NCBI GenBank assembly: GCA_934120135.1 | Contig: CAKOTK010000003.1 | Coordinates: 83,691-147,690 of the forward strand | Length of the DNA: 64,000 bases | Source of the DNA: an uncultured Clostridia bacterium | Lineage (GTDB): Bacteria > Bacillota > Clostridia > TANB77 > CAG-508 | Reading direction: 5' to 3' | Part shown: positions 1-10,130 of the stretch, one piece after another | Layout of the letters: each line of letters opens with the position of its first letter | Numbering within the stretch: the first letter of the stretch is position 1 | Made by a program: the position numbers and the translations under genes | The notes under the pieces: model-generated | Told to the model about the DNA's origin: nothing | Databases searched by the model: none | Seen by the model: the letters and a program-made list of their open reading frames with translations, nothing else

Positions 1-3000
1 GGTTTTGGTGGCAATCCTTTTTTGATTAAATAAAGCATAATATCGTCTCTACAACCTATTGCCTCACTTAATGTAACAATTCCTTGATTAACAAGTTCTT
101 GTCCATTGTTTAACCATACATCAGTACCATGTGAAAGTCCTGATATACTTATCAATTCATTAAATGTTGTTGGTTTTGTATCAACTAACATTCCTCTTAC
201 GAACTTTGTTCCAAACTCTGGTATACCAAATGTTCCTACCTCTGAATGTATTTGTTCTGGTGTTACACCTAATACTTTTGTTGAACTAAATATTGACATA
301 GTGTCTTTATCATCCAAAGGTACTTTAGTTGGGTCAATTCCTGTCAAATCAAAAAGCATACGAATCATTGTAGGGTCATCATGGCCTAGTATATCTAGTT
401 TTAATAAGTTTTGGTCAATTGAGTGATAATCAAAGTGTGTTGTTATAATATCTGAATTAGGGTCATCTGCTGGATGTTGTACTGGTGTGAATTCATATAT
501 TTCTCTGCCTTTTGGTACAACTATAATTCCACCTGGATGTTGACCAGTTGTCCTTTTAATTCCTGTACATCCTTGTGAAAGTCTTACAACTTCTGCATTA
601 CTAATAGGTATGCCTTTTTCTTCATAATATTTTTTCACATATCCATAAGCAGTTTTGTCAGCTACTGTACCAACTGTACCAGCCTTAAATGTTGTTCCTT
701 TTCCAAATATTACTTCTGTATATCTATGAGCCTTTGCTTGATATTCTCCTGAGAAATTTAAGTCAATATCAGGCTCTTTATCTCCATCAAATCCCAAGAA
801 AGTTTCAAATGGAATATCCATTCCATCTTTTGCTAATTTTTCTCCACAGTTTGGACAAGTCTTATCAGGTAAGTCAAATCCATTTTTTACTCCATAATCT
901 GTAAAATCTGAATATTTACACTTAGGGCATCTATAATGTGGTGGAAGTGAATTTACTTCTGTAATACCTGTCATATTTGCAACAAATGATGAACCAACAG
1001 AACCTCTTGAACCTACTATGTATCCATCTTCATTAGATTTCCATACCAATTTTTGTGCAATAATATACATAACTGAGAACCCGTTTGTAATAATAGAATG
1101 TAATTCCTTATCTAATCTTGCTTGTACTATTTCCGGTAATGGATCTCCATATAATTCATGTGCTTTATTATATGCTATATTTTTTATTGTTTCTTCACAT
1201 CCATCAATGTGTGGTGGACATTTTTCAGGTGAAATTGGGCTTATTTTCTCACACATATCAGATATTTTATTTGTATTAGTTACAACAACTTCATATGCTT
1301 TTTCTTCTCCTAAATAGTCGAATTCTTTTAGCATTTCTTCAGTTGTTCTTAAATATAATGGTGCTTGATCATCTGCGTCATCATATCCTTGTCCAGCCAT
1401 TAAAATTCTACGATAAATTTCGTCTTGTGGATCCATAAAATGAACATCACATGTTGCTACAACTGGCTTTTGTAGTTTTTCACCAAGAGCAACTATTTTA
1501 CGGTTAATATCTTTTAAATCTTCAACGCTTTTTACCGTTTCATTTCTAACCATAAACATATTATTTCCAAGAGGTTGAATTTCTAGATAATCATAATCTG
1601 CTGCTATTTCTTCTATTTCTTCATCTGTTTTACCAGCAATTATGGCTCTATATATTTCTCCTTGCTCACAAGCACTTCCAAGTATTAAACCTTCAGAATA
1701 TTTTTTATATAATGATTTTAATATACGAGGCTTTTTATAAAAATAATGTAGATGTGAAATAGATATCAATTTATATAAATTTCTAAGTCCAACATAATCT
1801 TTTGCCAATATAATAGCATGGTATGTTGGAAGTGATTTATAATCTGCTTTTCCACTTAATTTTTCATCTATATCGTCTAAGGTTTTAACACCTTTTTCTC
1901 TAAGCATATCAAACATTACATTTAATACTTTTACTGTTGTATCAACATCATCTAATGCTCTATGTGCTACATCTACTTTTATTCCTAAGTTTTCTGCAAT
2001 AATTCCTAATTTATATTTTTTATACTGTGGAAATAAATCTTTTGCTAGTCTTAATGTATCTAAATATGTATTTCCTAGTTTTAATCCTAATAATGTGCAG
2101 TTATATTTCAAAAATCCTATATCAAAATCTGCATTATGTGCTACAAGAACACTATCTCCAACAAATTCTATAACTTTTGGTAATATTTCTTCAATTTTAG
2201 GAGCATCTTTTACCATATCGTCAGTAATATTAGTAACTTCTACTACTCTTTGTGGTATTGGTTTTTCTGGGTTTACAAATGTACTAAGTTCATCAATAAC
2301 TTCTCCATTTCTAACCTTCATTATACCAATTTCTGTGATTTTTTCTGTTCTGAATGAGAAACCTGTTGTTTCTAAGTCCAAAACGCAATATGTAGTATCA
2401 TCTAAAAGTTGATTTTTTGAAAATGAAACACATGGTGTTTTATCTGGTGCCAAATATGCTTCAACTCCATATATAACTTTCAAATCAGGGTGGTCTTTTT
2501 CTAGGTATTTGTGTGCATCAGGAAATGCTTGTACAACTCCATGGTCTGTTATAGCTATTGACTTCATTCCCCATTTTACAGCTCGTTTTAATAGGTCTTT
2601 TGCAGCTGTCATACCATCCATCTGGCTCATTTGAGTATGCATATGAAGCTCAACTCTTTTAACTTTTGCTTCATCTTTTCTAACTTCTCTTTTAATTCCA
2701 GTTGATTCAATAATTACATTTGCAATTACTCCTAATTCTTTTGCAAATGGGTCAAATTGTGCAGTTCCATTTACTTTAACTCCACTAGCTGATTTCAACC
2801 TTTTTATTACTGCATCGTGTTTGTCTGCTTCAACAAAAGCTTTACATGTAATTGTACTTGAACCATCATATAAATCAAATGTTACTAAAAATTTACCTGA
2901 TTTCAATTCTCTTGAATCTGTATTTAAAATTTCTCCATCTAATAAAACTTTTCCACTATCAACCGACAAATCTATTACTTTGGATAATTCTTCTTTTATT

Positions 3001-3719
3001 TTCAGACTTCTACCATAAATTAAAGGTGAATTTTCCTCTTGTTCTGGTTCAAAAGGAATATCTGCCTCTGTAGGCATTGGTACATCTGGCATTGATGCAG
3101 ATTCAACTTGCATTTTCTTTTCTTTTTCTTGTCTTTTTTCTTCAGCCTGTTCCATTGCCTCTTTTTGAGCTAACATAATTGCTTGTTTTTCTAATTCTCT
3201 TGCATGTGCTTGGTATTGATCTATCATTTCTTGTGTAATTTCTTCTTGGTAAGAAACCACATAATTTTTATGATATAAATCTGCTAATTTAGAAGATAAT
3301 ATTTTCTCAAATCCTCTTGCTTCTAATACCATTTTGCCTTTCATTGCTAGTTTTACACTTATTCTATTATCCTCAATGCTAATTGTACTATTTTTCAATA
3401 ATGCTTTTGTTAATGGATGTTTGTATGCCATATATTCAACAATGTCAGCCCATTCAGCTTGAATTTTATTATTTACATTTTCATCTGTTCCATCAGATTC
3501 TATTTTTATATCAATATCTTTGAAATTAAATCTTTTAGCTAAATATTTTTCAAAATCAGCTAAATCTTTCATTAAAATAGAAGAAGTTACTTTAAGCTTT
3601 ATTTCTAAAACATTAGTCTTTTTGTATATATTTACACATACAACTTTAGCCTCGCTCAAAGCGAAGCTATTTGAATTGTAATCTCTAAATACTTGTTTTA
3701 CTGTTTTTAGTTCTTCCAT
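1..3719 (-). CDS. polC: DNA polymerase III PolC-type (Gram-positive replicative polymerase), N-terminal ~1240 aa; gene continues beyond window start
   Basis: Minus-strand translation from ATG at 3719 (RBS AAGAGGAAG) gives MEELKTVKQVF... with PolC N-terminal domain, DnaQ-like exonuclease motifs and PHP/polymerase core (HMHTQMS, DLETTG). Open frame runs to position 1. Not listed in ORF track because it is truncated. Confidence 0.9.
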   Translation of the reverse strand, partial: MEELKTVKQVFRDYNSNSFALSEAKVVCVNIYKKTNVLEIKLKVTSSILMKDLADFEKYLAKRFNFKDIDIKIESDGTDENVNNKIQAEWADIVEYMAYKHPLTKALLKNSTISIEDNRISVKLAMKGKMVLEARGFEKILSSKLADLYHKNYVVSYQEEITQEMIDQYQAHARELEKQAIMLAQKEAMEQAEEKRQEKEKKMQVESASMPDVPMPTEADIPFEPEQEENSPLIYGRSLKIKEELSKVIDLSVDSGKVLLDGEILNTDSRELKSGKFLVTFDLYDGSSTITCKAFVEADKHDAVIKRLKSASGVKVNGTAQFDPFAKELGVIANVIIESTGIKREVRKDEAKVKRVELHMHTQMSQMDGMTAAKDLLKRAVKWGMKSIAITDHGVVQAFPDAHKYLEKDHPDLKVIYGVEAYLAPDKTPCVSFSKNQLLDDTTYCVLDLETTGFSFRTEKITEIGIMKVRNGEVIDELSTFVNPEKPIPQRVVEVTNITDDMVKDAPKIEEILPKVIEFVGDSVLVAHNADFDIGFLKYNCTLLGLKLGNTYLDTLRLAKDLFPQYKKYKLGIIAENLGIKVDVAHRALDDVDTTVKVLNVMFDMLREKGVKTLDDIDEKLSGKADYKSLPTYHAIILAKDYVGLRNLYKLISISHLHYFYKKPRILKSLYKKYSEGLILGSACEQGEIYRAIIAGKTDEEIEEIAADYDYLEIQPLGNNMFMVRNETVKSVEDLKDINRKIVALGEKLQKPVVATCDVHFMDPQDEIYRRILMAGQGYDDADDQAPLYLRTTEEMLKEFDYLGEEKAYEVVVTNTNKISDMCEKISPISPEKCPPHIDGCEETIKNIAYNKAHELYGDPLPEIVQARLDKELHSIITNGFSVMYIIAQKLVWKSNEDGYIVGSRGSVGSSFVANMTGITEVNSLPPHYRCPKCKYSDFTDYGVKNGFDLPDKTCPNCGEKLAKDGMDIPFETFLGFDGDKEPDIDLNFSGEYQAKAHRYTEVIFGKGTTFKAGTVGTVADKTAYGYVKKYYEEKGIPISNAEVVRLSQGCTGIKRTTGQHPGGIIVVPKGREIYEFTPVQHPADDPNSDIITTHFDYHSIDQNLLKLDILGHDDPTMIRMLFDLTGIDPTKVPLDDKDTMSIFSSTKVLGVTPEQIHSEVGTFGIPEFGTKFVRGMLVDTKPTTFNELISISGLSHGTDVWLNNGQELVNQGIVTLSEAIGCRDDIMLYLIKKGLPPK

Positions 3720-3738
3720 TTCTTCCTCTTATAATTTA

Positions 3739-4338
3739 CTAGACTTTTTGTAAAATATAGTTTGCCCAAACTATATCTTGTATTCTTTTAGTGCTTGGCA
3801 ATGTTTCAAAATAATCAATTATTTTTACATTTAAATTATATTTCTCTATTATCTCTTCAAGTTTTTCTTTAGTTAGATAGTTATAATATTTTCCTTCTTT
3901 TATTTCATCTTTAACACCTTTTTTAAAAGATGTATAGATTATTCCTTTTTCTTTTAATGCTTTTATCATCTTCTCTAAAATACTGCCTAGTTGTTCTTTT
4001 TCCACATGTAATATTGATGAACATGCCCATATTCCATCATAAACATTTTCTTCATTCAACTCATCAAATTTCATACATTCAACTTCTTGTCCAATGTATT
4101 CACTAGCTAATTTACACATTTCAATAGAACCATCTATTGCTTTTACTTTATATCCATTTTCAATAAAATATTTACTGTCTCTACCTGATCCACATCCAAA
4201 ATCTAATATATATGCATTTCGTGGAATTCTATTTAAAAATCTTTCATAATTTTCAGCAAAATTTCCATTTAAGGTTTGTTCAAAATATTCACTTGCATTT
4301 TTATTATAATAATCTAGTGTATCGTATTTTTCTCCCAT
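3739..4338 (-). CDS. class I SAM-dependent methyltransferase
   Basis: 199 aa; motif I LDFGCGSGRD typical of Rossmann-fold SAM MTases. Confidence 0.65.
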   Translation of the reverse strand: MGEKYDTLDYYNKNASEYFEQTLNGNFAENYERFLNRIPRNAYILDFGCGSGRDSKYFIENGYKVKAIDGSIEMCKLASEYIGQEVECMKFDELNEENVYDGIWACSSILHVEKEQLGSILEKMIKALKEKGIIYTSFKKGVKDEIKEGKYYNYLTKEKLEEIIEKYNLNVKIIDYFETLPSTKRIQDIVWANYILQKV

Positions 4339-4449
4339 TTCTTCTCCTTTTTGTATTTTTGTATTTTTCCTAATAAGAAATTTATAATCAGATTTTCTTC
4401 CATTAAGTTGTCATATTTGTAAGGAATATAATTCATTTATAGCTTTCAA

Positions 4450-5079
4450 TTAATTTATTTGTTCTAAATCAATTAATTCATTTTTTCTAAAAGTTAACTT
4501 TAATAGACATGGAGACTTTATATTTAATATTGTTTTTTTGTTATATACAAGTTTAACGTCTTCATTTACTGTACACCAATTTAATAAAAAGAACTTTATT
4601 GAGCCTCCATGACTAATCACTGCAATTCTTTTTCCCTCATATTCTTTAAGCATTTGATCAAAAAATCTATTCATTCTTTCTCTAGTTTGCTCTGCACTTT
4701 CTCCATCTGAAGTTCTAAATGTTCTATCTAATAATTGTTCTTGTGAAGGATCTCTTGTCATTTTATCCTTCATAAATTCTCCTAATTCTTTCAAATTACC
4801 TAATTTTCTTTCACTTAGGTTGTTATCAAGGTTAAAATTTAAATTATTTATATTTGCAATGTATTTAGCAGTTGCTTTAGCTCTAGTATAACTACTCGAC
4901 CATATAACATCCAAATTTGTCAATTCTTCATTTTCACTTAATTTTTTAGCTTGTTCCTCTCCATCTACGGACAATATTTCTTTTTCATTAATCATTTGAG
5001 AATCTTCATTTGTATTTCTTATTCCCCTTTCATCAACAGTTTCCGCATGTCTTATCAAATAAACAATAGTATTTTCCAT
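4450..5079 (-). CDS. histidine phosphatase (phosphoglycerate mutase) family protein
   Basis: 209 aa; N-terminal LIRHAET (RHG-type catalytic His motif) and C-terminal SHGGSI motif. Confidence 0.65.
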   Translation of the reverse strand: MENTIVYLIRHAETVDERGIRNTNEDSQMINEKEILSVDGEEQAKKLSENEELTNLDVIWSSSYTRAKATAKYIANINNLNFNLDNNLSERKLGNLKELGEFMKDKMTRDPSQEQLLDRTFRTSDGESAEQTRERMNRFFDQMLKEYEGKRIAVISHGGSIKFFLLNWCTVNEDVKLVYNKKTILNIKSPCLLKLTFRKNELIDLEQIN

Positions 5080-5112
5080 AATTACAATTCCTTTCCACTA
5101 TTTAATATAATT

Positions 5113-5847
5113 TTAAAAAATCCTTAGCACATCATTATAAGTAACTAAGATAGAAAGTCCGATTAAAAGTGCAAATCCTGCCATTTGGATAGAAATTTCT
5201 AGCTTTTCACTCATTGGTTTTCTTCTAATTGCTTCTATAAGTAGAATAACAATTTTTCCTCCATCTAGTGGTGGAAATGGTAGTAAATTTGTAAAACCTA
5301 AAGATATAGATACTACCGCTAATATATAAACAAATTCTGCAAAGCCTGTAGTTTTTGCAACTATTTCGCCTATTCCAACTGGTCCAACCATTTGATCAAT
5401 TGATACATTTCCTGTGAATAGCATTTTTAAACTATCAACAATTGAAAATGCAAATCTTCCTGTTGCTGAAAAAGCATATGATATATCATTTCTCAGACAA
5501 GCTATTAAAATAAAGTATACTATTAAAGCAAAAACAATGTTTACAAGTCCACCTGCTGCTACTATTGCTATTCTTTTAGGAATACTTGCTTTACTAAAAG
5601 AGCCTTCATTTTCAGAACGCTCTTCTTCACCTTCCATATTAACAAATCCTCCTAAAGGAATAAGTCTTAGAGCATATTTAGTTTCTTTGCCTTGTTTTCT
5701 CCATATTGTTGGTCCAAATCCAATAGCAAATTCATTTACTTTAACTTTGCATGATTTTGCTACTACGAAATGTCCTCCTTCATGGATAAGAACAAGGAAA
5801 CCTAGTATAAATATAATTTTCAATATTGTAATAATTACTGAAATCAA
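5113..5847 (-). CDS. site-2 protease, M50 family (RseP-like), short PDZ-less form
   Basis: 244 aa multi-TM protein with HEGGH (HExxH) at N-terminus and NLLPFPPLDGG (LDG motif) near C-terminus; no PDZ domain between them. Confidence 0.7.
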   Translation of the reverse strand: MISVIITILKIIFILGFLVLIHEGGHFVVAKSCKVKVNEFAIGFGPTIWRKQGKETKYALRLIPLGGFVNMEGEEERSENEGSFSKASIPKRIAIVAAGGLVNIVFALIVYFILIACLRNDISYAFSATGRFAFSIVDSLKMLFTGNVSIDQMVGPVGIGEIVAKTTGFAEFVYILAVVSISLGFTNLLPFPPLDGGKIVILLIEAIRRKPMSEKLEISIQMAGFALLIGLSILVTYNDVLRIF

Positions 5848-5859
5848 TAGAATTCTCTC

Positions 5860-6675
5860 CTATAATAAAAACATAAATAAAAAGTAAGCAAATGGTGCTG
5901 TAAATATAACACTATCTATTCTATCTAACATTCCACCATGGCCTGGAATTAAATTGCTGAAGTCTTTAATTCCTGTATACCTTTTTACGCTTGAAGCTGC
6001 TAAGTCTCCAATTTGACTTAATATGCTTAACACTACTGTTATAAGTGCAACATATACATAGTTAAATTCTACATGGAACGCATATTTACATAGCACACTA
6101 TAAAGTATAGTAATTACTACTGCGCCTAATGTTCCTCCAATACATCCCTCTATTGTTTTTTTAGGGCTAATTTCTGTAAAATGATGTTTACCCAATGTTT
6201 TTCCAACAACATAAGCAAATATATCAGTGCCCCATGCTGTAAGGAATACAAACCAAATTAGTAATTTTCCATGTTCTAAATTCTCATGAATTACAGAAAT
6301 ATACATCAAAAATATTACTATGTAGAATATTCCAAAAAAGGTAACTGCTATATCTATTATATTAACTTTTAAATTTTTTATAATAACATATAAAAATAAA
6401 ATACATAAAGTTATTGGCAATAATAGCCCAATAGTTTTTACAGTCCAGTCTTTTGGTAATACATGAATTATAGAGATCATTCCTGCTAGAACATAGCCTA
6501 TCCATGTAATTGGATTTGCTTTTTCTCCTGTTCTAAACGCTTTATAAAATTCATGTAAACACATAATTGCTAGTATTGCTACTGCTACGTCAACTACATA
6601 TTTATTTCCTAAAATCAATATGGCTGCTGCAACTGGAAACAAAACTAATCCCGATACTACTCTTTTTACATTCAT
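5860..6675 (-). CDS. cdsA: phosphatidate cytidylyltransferase
   Basis: 271 aa polytopic membrane protein with CdsA signature SSVKRYTGIKDFSNLIPGHGGMLDRIDS. Confidence 0.85.
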   Translation of the reverse strand: MNVKRVVSGLVLFPVAAAILILGNKYVVDVAVAILAIMCLHEFYKAFRTGEKANPITWIGYVLAGMISIIHVLPKDWTVKTIGLLLPITLCILFLYVIIKNLKVNIIDIAVTFFGIFYIVIFLMYISVIHENLEHGKLLIWFVFLTAWGTDIFAYVVGKTLGKHHFTEISPKKTIEGCIGGTLGAVVITILYSVLCKYAFHVEFNYVYVALITVVLSILSQIGDLAASSVKRYTGIKDFSNLIPGHGGMLDRIDSVIFTAPFAYFLFMFLL

Positions 6676-6697
6676 ATAAAAATAACCTTTCTATTGT

Positions 6698-7405
6698 TTA
6701 CTTTCCACCAAACTTACGATTTCTTTTTTCAAAAACTGATATTGCTTCATCTAAATCTTGTTCTGAAAAATCTGGCCAATATTTTTGCACAAAATAGAAC
6801 TCTGTATAAGCAAGCTGCCACAAAAGGAAATTGCTAAGTCTTTGTTCTCCACTTGTACGAATTAACAAGTCTGGCTCTAACTGTCCTGCTGTATAAAGTG
6901 AATTTGAAATAGTTTGTTCATCAATGTCTTCAACATTTATTTTATCTTCTTTTACTTCTTCTGCTATTTTTCTAACAGCTCTTACTATTTCATCTCTTCC
7001 GCCATAATTAAATGCAATATTTAATACTAAACCTGTATTATTTTTTGTTTTTTCTATTATTTTATTTATACTTTTTTGAAGTCCTGTATCTAAGTCTACA
7101 ATATTTCCTAGCATATTAACTTTAATATTTTCAAAATCATCACTACTTAAAAATTCTTCTAAATATTTTTGAAGTAAAAGCATTAAAGCTCCAACTTCTT
7201 CTTTGGTTCTTTTCCAATTTTCTGTTGAAAAAGCATATACTGTTAAATATTTTATTCCAAGCTTATTGGCATATTTAGCAATTTTTCTTAATGATTCTGC
7301 TCCTTCTTTATGTCCTAATCTATAGTCTAAGCCTTTTTCTTTAGCCCATCTACGATTTCCATCCATTATAATTGCAATATGTTTTGGTAATAACTTCTCT
7401 TCCAT
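6698..7405 (-). CDS. uppS: undecaprenyl diphosphate synthase
   Basis: 235 aa; HIAIIMDGNRRWA motif, cis-prenyltransferase fold; conserved position after frr. Confidence 0.9.
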   Translation of the reverse strand: MEEKLLPKHIAIIMDGNRRWAKEKGLDYRLGHKEGAESLRKIAKYANKLGIKYLTVYAFSTENWKRTKEEVGALMLLLQKYLEEFLSSDDFENIKVNMLGNIVDLDTGLQKSINKIIEKTKNNTGLVLNIAFNYGGRDEIVRAVRKIAEEVKEDKINVEDIDEQTISNSLYTAGQLEPDLLIRTSGEQRLSNFLLWQLAYTEFYFVQKYWPDFSEQDLDEAISVFEKRNRKFGGK

Positions 7406-7474
7406 ATTCTTCCTTTCTTATTACGTAATTTCAATTCTAAAAAGAATTAGTAGATTGTAAGGCACAGTGCGCCC

Positions 7475-8023
7475 CTATATGCTCATAACTTCTCTTTCTT
7501 TATTAGCCAACATACTATCAATTTCTTCAACCTTTTTATCAGTTAGCTTTTGAATTTCATTTTCTTCATTCTTTAAATCATCTTCTGTTATTTCAGATTT
7601 TTTTTGCATTTCTTTAGCCTCATCCATTGCATCTCTTCTAATTGAACGAATTGCAACTTTAGCTTCTTCAGCTAATTTTCTTATATCTTTTACTATTTCT
7701 TTTCTTCTCTCTTCATTTAATTCAGGGAAGTTCAATCTTATTACTTTTCCATCATTATTTGGATTAATTCCTATATCAGATTTTAAAATTTCTTTTTCAA
7801 TTTCTTTTAAAAGATTCATATCCCATGGTTGAATTAAAATCATTCTAGCTTCTGGTACAGAAATACCAGCTACTTGGTTTATTGGTGTTGGAACACCATA
7901 ATAGTCTACTGTAATTTTGTTTAATATTGCAGGATTTGCTCTACCTGCTCTTATTTCTGATAAGTTTTCCTCAAAAACACTAATTGTTTTATTCATTTTT
8001 TCTTCATATACATTGTTTAACAT
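7475..8023 (-). CDS. frr: ribosome recycling factor
   Basis: 182 aa; strongly Frr-like sequence, pyrH-frr synteny. Confidence 0.9.
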   Translation of the reverse strand: MLNNVYEEKMNKTISVFEENLSEIRAGRANPAILNKITVDYYGVPTPINQVAGISVPEARMILIQPWDMNLLKEIEKEILKSDIGINPNNDGKVIRLNFPELNEERRKEIVKDIRKLAEEAKVAIRSIRRDAMDEAKEMQKKSEITEDDLKNEENEIQKLTDKKVEEIDSMLANKEREVMSI

Positions 8024-8042
8024 AATTTAATCTCCTTATAAT

Positions 8043-8759
8043 TTAATTTTTATTTCCAACAAAGGTACCTACTTTTTCACCTTTTATCGCTTTTATCATA
8101 TTTTCTGGTTCATCAATTGCAAATACTATAAGTGGTATATTATTATCTTTGCATAAAGATATTGCTGTTGAGTCCATTACTTTTAAATCTTTGTTTAAAA
8201 CATCCATATATGTAATTTCATCAAATTTAACTGCATTTGGATTTATTTTTGGGTCATCTGAATATACTCCATCAATAGTTTTTCCTACTAATATTGCATC
8301 TGCTCCAATTTCTGCTGCTCTTAAAGCTGCTGCTGTATCAGTTGTAAAAAATGGACTTCCAGTTCCTCCACTAAAAATAACTACTCTTTTATTTGCCAAA
8401 TGTTTATCAGCTTTTCTTTTTATATATTGCTCAGCAATAGTTCTCATTTCAACTGCTGTTTGAAGTCTAGCTGGAACTCCTTTAGCTTCTAGTGTATCTT
8501 GTAAAGCTAAACCATTCATACAAGTAGCTAACATTCCCATATAGTCAGAGGTAGTTCTTTCCATATCATGACCATTTTTCCCTCTCCAGAAGTTTCCTCC
8601 TCCTACAACAATTGCTACTTCTGCACCTAAGTCAACAAGTTCTTTTACTCGGTCACAGATTTTTCCTATTGTATCTGCATTTACTCCATGTTTTGTTTCA
8701 CCTGCAAGTGCCTCACCACTAAGCTTTAATAGCACTCTTTTATACTTTAACTCAGCCAA
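8043..8759 (-). CDS. pyrH: UMP kinase
   Basis: 238 aa; KRVLLKLSGEAL and amino-acid kinase fold motifs. Confidence 0.9.
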   Translation of the reverse strand: MAELKYKRVLLKLSGEALAGETKHGVNADTIGKICDRVKELVDLGAEVAIVVGGGNFWRGKNGHDMERTTSDYMGMLATCMNGLALQDTLEAKGVPARLQTAVEMRTIAEQYIKRKADKHLANKRVVIFSGGTGSPFFTTDTAAALRAAEIGADAILVGKTIDGVYSDDPKINPNAVKFDEITYMDVLNKDLKVMDSTAISLCKDNNIPLIVFAIDEPENMIKAIKGEKVGTFVGNKN

Positions 8760-8902
8760 TTATAAACACTCTCCTTAATATTAAATTTATATGCTCTATT
8801 CTATCATAGATTATTTACTTTTACACCTTTTTTTCAAAATTTTTTTATAAATTTTGAATTTTTTATTTAATAAATGATAATACTAATTTAAAAGGTGATA
8901 AA

Positions 8903-9596
8903 ATGAACCAAATTTTAGATAAAAGCTATAACTTTAAAAGAAAAATATCTGTTGAATTTAGTAATGACATAGCAGAAATTCCATATATTGAAACTAAAAA
9001 AAATTTAAAATCGAAGAAAAATAACTACAAAATGCAATTTCTTGTTTCTTCATTTATCGCATTGCTAGGCTGTTTTGTTTTTTTAGTAAATATTATAAAA
9101 TCACACTCTCAAGAAAAAATATCAAAAAAGTTGTTAAACAATTATAATTTAACAACTTTATATCAAACTGAAAACTCATCATTGCAAAGTTCTACCGATG
9201 TTCCATTTGTTATTGGCATTATAAAAATAAATAAAATAGATTTGAATTATCCAATTTTATCTCAAACAAATGATGATTTACTAAAATTGTCTGTTTGTAG
9301 ATTTGCTGGTCCAATGCCAAATGAAGTTGGAAATTTGTGTATTGTTGGTCACAATTATATTGATACTCGTTTTTTTAGTAGATTAAATGAACTTTATAAT
9401 CGGAGACGAAATTGAAGTATATGATTTAAACGGAAATTGTGTTGTATATGAAGTTTACAATAAATATGAAGTTAATTTTAATGATTTAACTTGTACGAGT
9501 CAAAAAGTTTATAACAAGAAAATTATAACTTTGATAACTTGTGATAACATAAACGATTTAAAAAGATTGGTTATACATGCCAAACAAAAAAAGTAA
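8903..9596 (+). pseudogene. sortase (class A/B-like) interrupted by a -1 frameshift near 9395-9415
   Basis: ORF 8903..9415 has N-terminal TM anchor and catalytic His region (LCIVGHNYIDTRFFSRLNEL). Overlapping ORF 9387..9596 in another frame continues with GDEIEVYDL... and catalytic Cys motif IITLITCDN. Shift is not at a long homopolymer. Confidence 0.6.
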
Positions 9597-9625
9597 GAAG
9601 ACTTAATACTTCTTACTTTTTTAAA

Positions 9626-9976
9626 TTAAATATTTCTATAATTTCTAATTTTTGTATAAGCATATATTGCAGATACTAAGCAGATACCTATAAATATGAA
9701 TAAAGTTGTATCTTCTGCTACACCTGTTTGAGGTAAATTATTTTCAGCTGCATTTGTATTTTCTGTATTAGGTTCATTATTTACAACTGGTGTCTCATTA
9801 TTAGTTGGTGTTTCATTATTTGTATTTGTTGTCTCATTATTTGGCACCTCATTATTTGCTTCTTCTTCATCTATAATATTCAAAGGATTTGAATTACTTG
9901 CTTTTACAATTGGAGTAACAGCTATAACTAATATAATCATTGCAACAAATATTAACATAATTTTTCTATTCTTCAT
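9626..9976 (-). CDS. small LPXTG cell-wall-anchored surface protein with N/T/E-rich low-complexity stalk
   Basis: 116 aa: signal peptide, NNETTNTNNETPTNNETP repeats, LPQTG sorting motif, hydrophobic segment and basic tail (KIRNYRNI). Confidence 0.7.
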   Translation of the reverse strand: MKNRKIMLIFVAMIILVIAVTPIVKASNSNPLNIIDEEEANNEVPNNETTNTNNETPTNNETPVVNNEPNTENTNAAENNLPQTGVAEDTTLFIFIGICLVSAIYAYTKIRNYRNI

Positions 9977-10130
9977 AATATTATCTCCTTTTTCAATACA
10001 TTTTTATATTATTTTCTCCTAACAAAAAAATAATATTCATTTTTCATACTATATTTATTTTATACTTATATTTGTTAATAGTCAAGTATTTTTGTTATTT
10101 TTTTTGATTTTTTGTGTTTTTTTGTTGTTT

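Noticed and set aside
106-3073. Several short plus-strand ORFs (65-106 aa) at the window start
   Set aside because: All lie antisense within the polC coding region, which is absent from the ORF track only because it is truncated by the window edge.
5414-5887. 157-aa plus-strand ORF
   Set aside because: Antisense to the RseP-like gene; no independent support.
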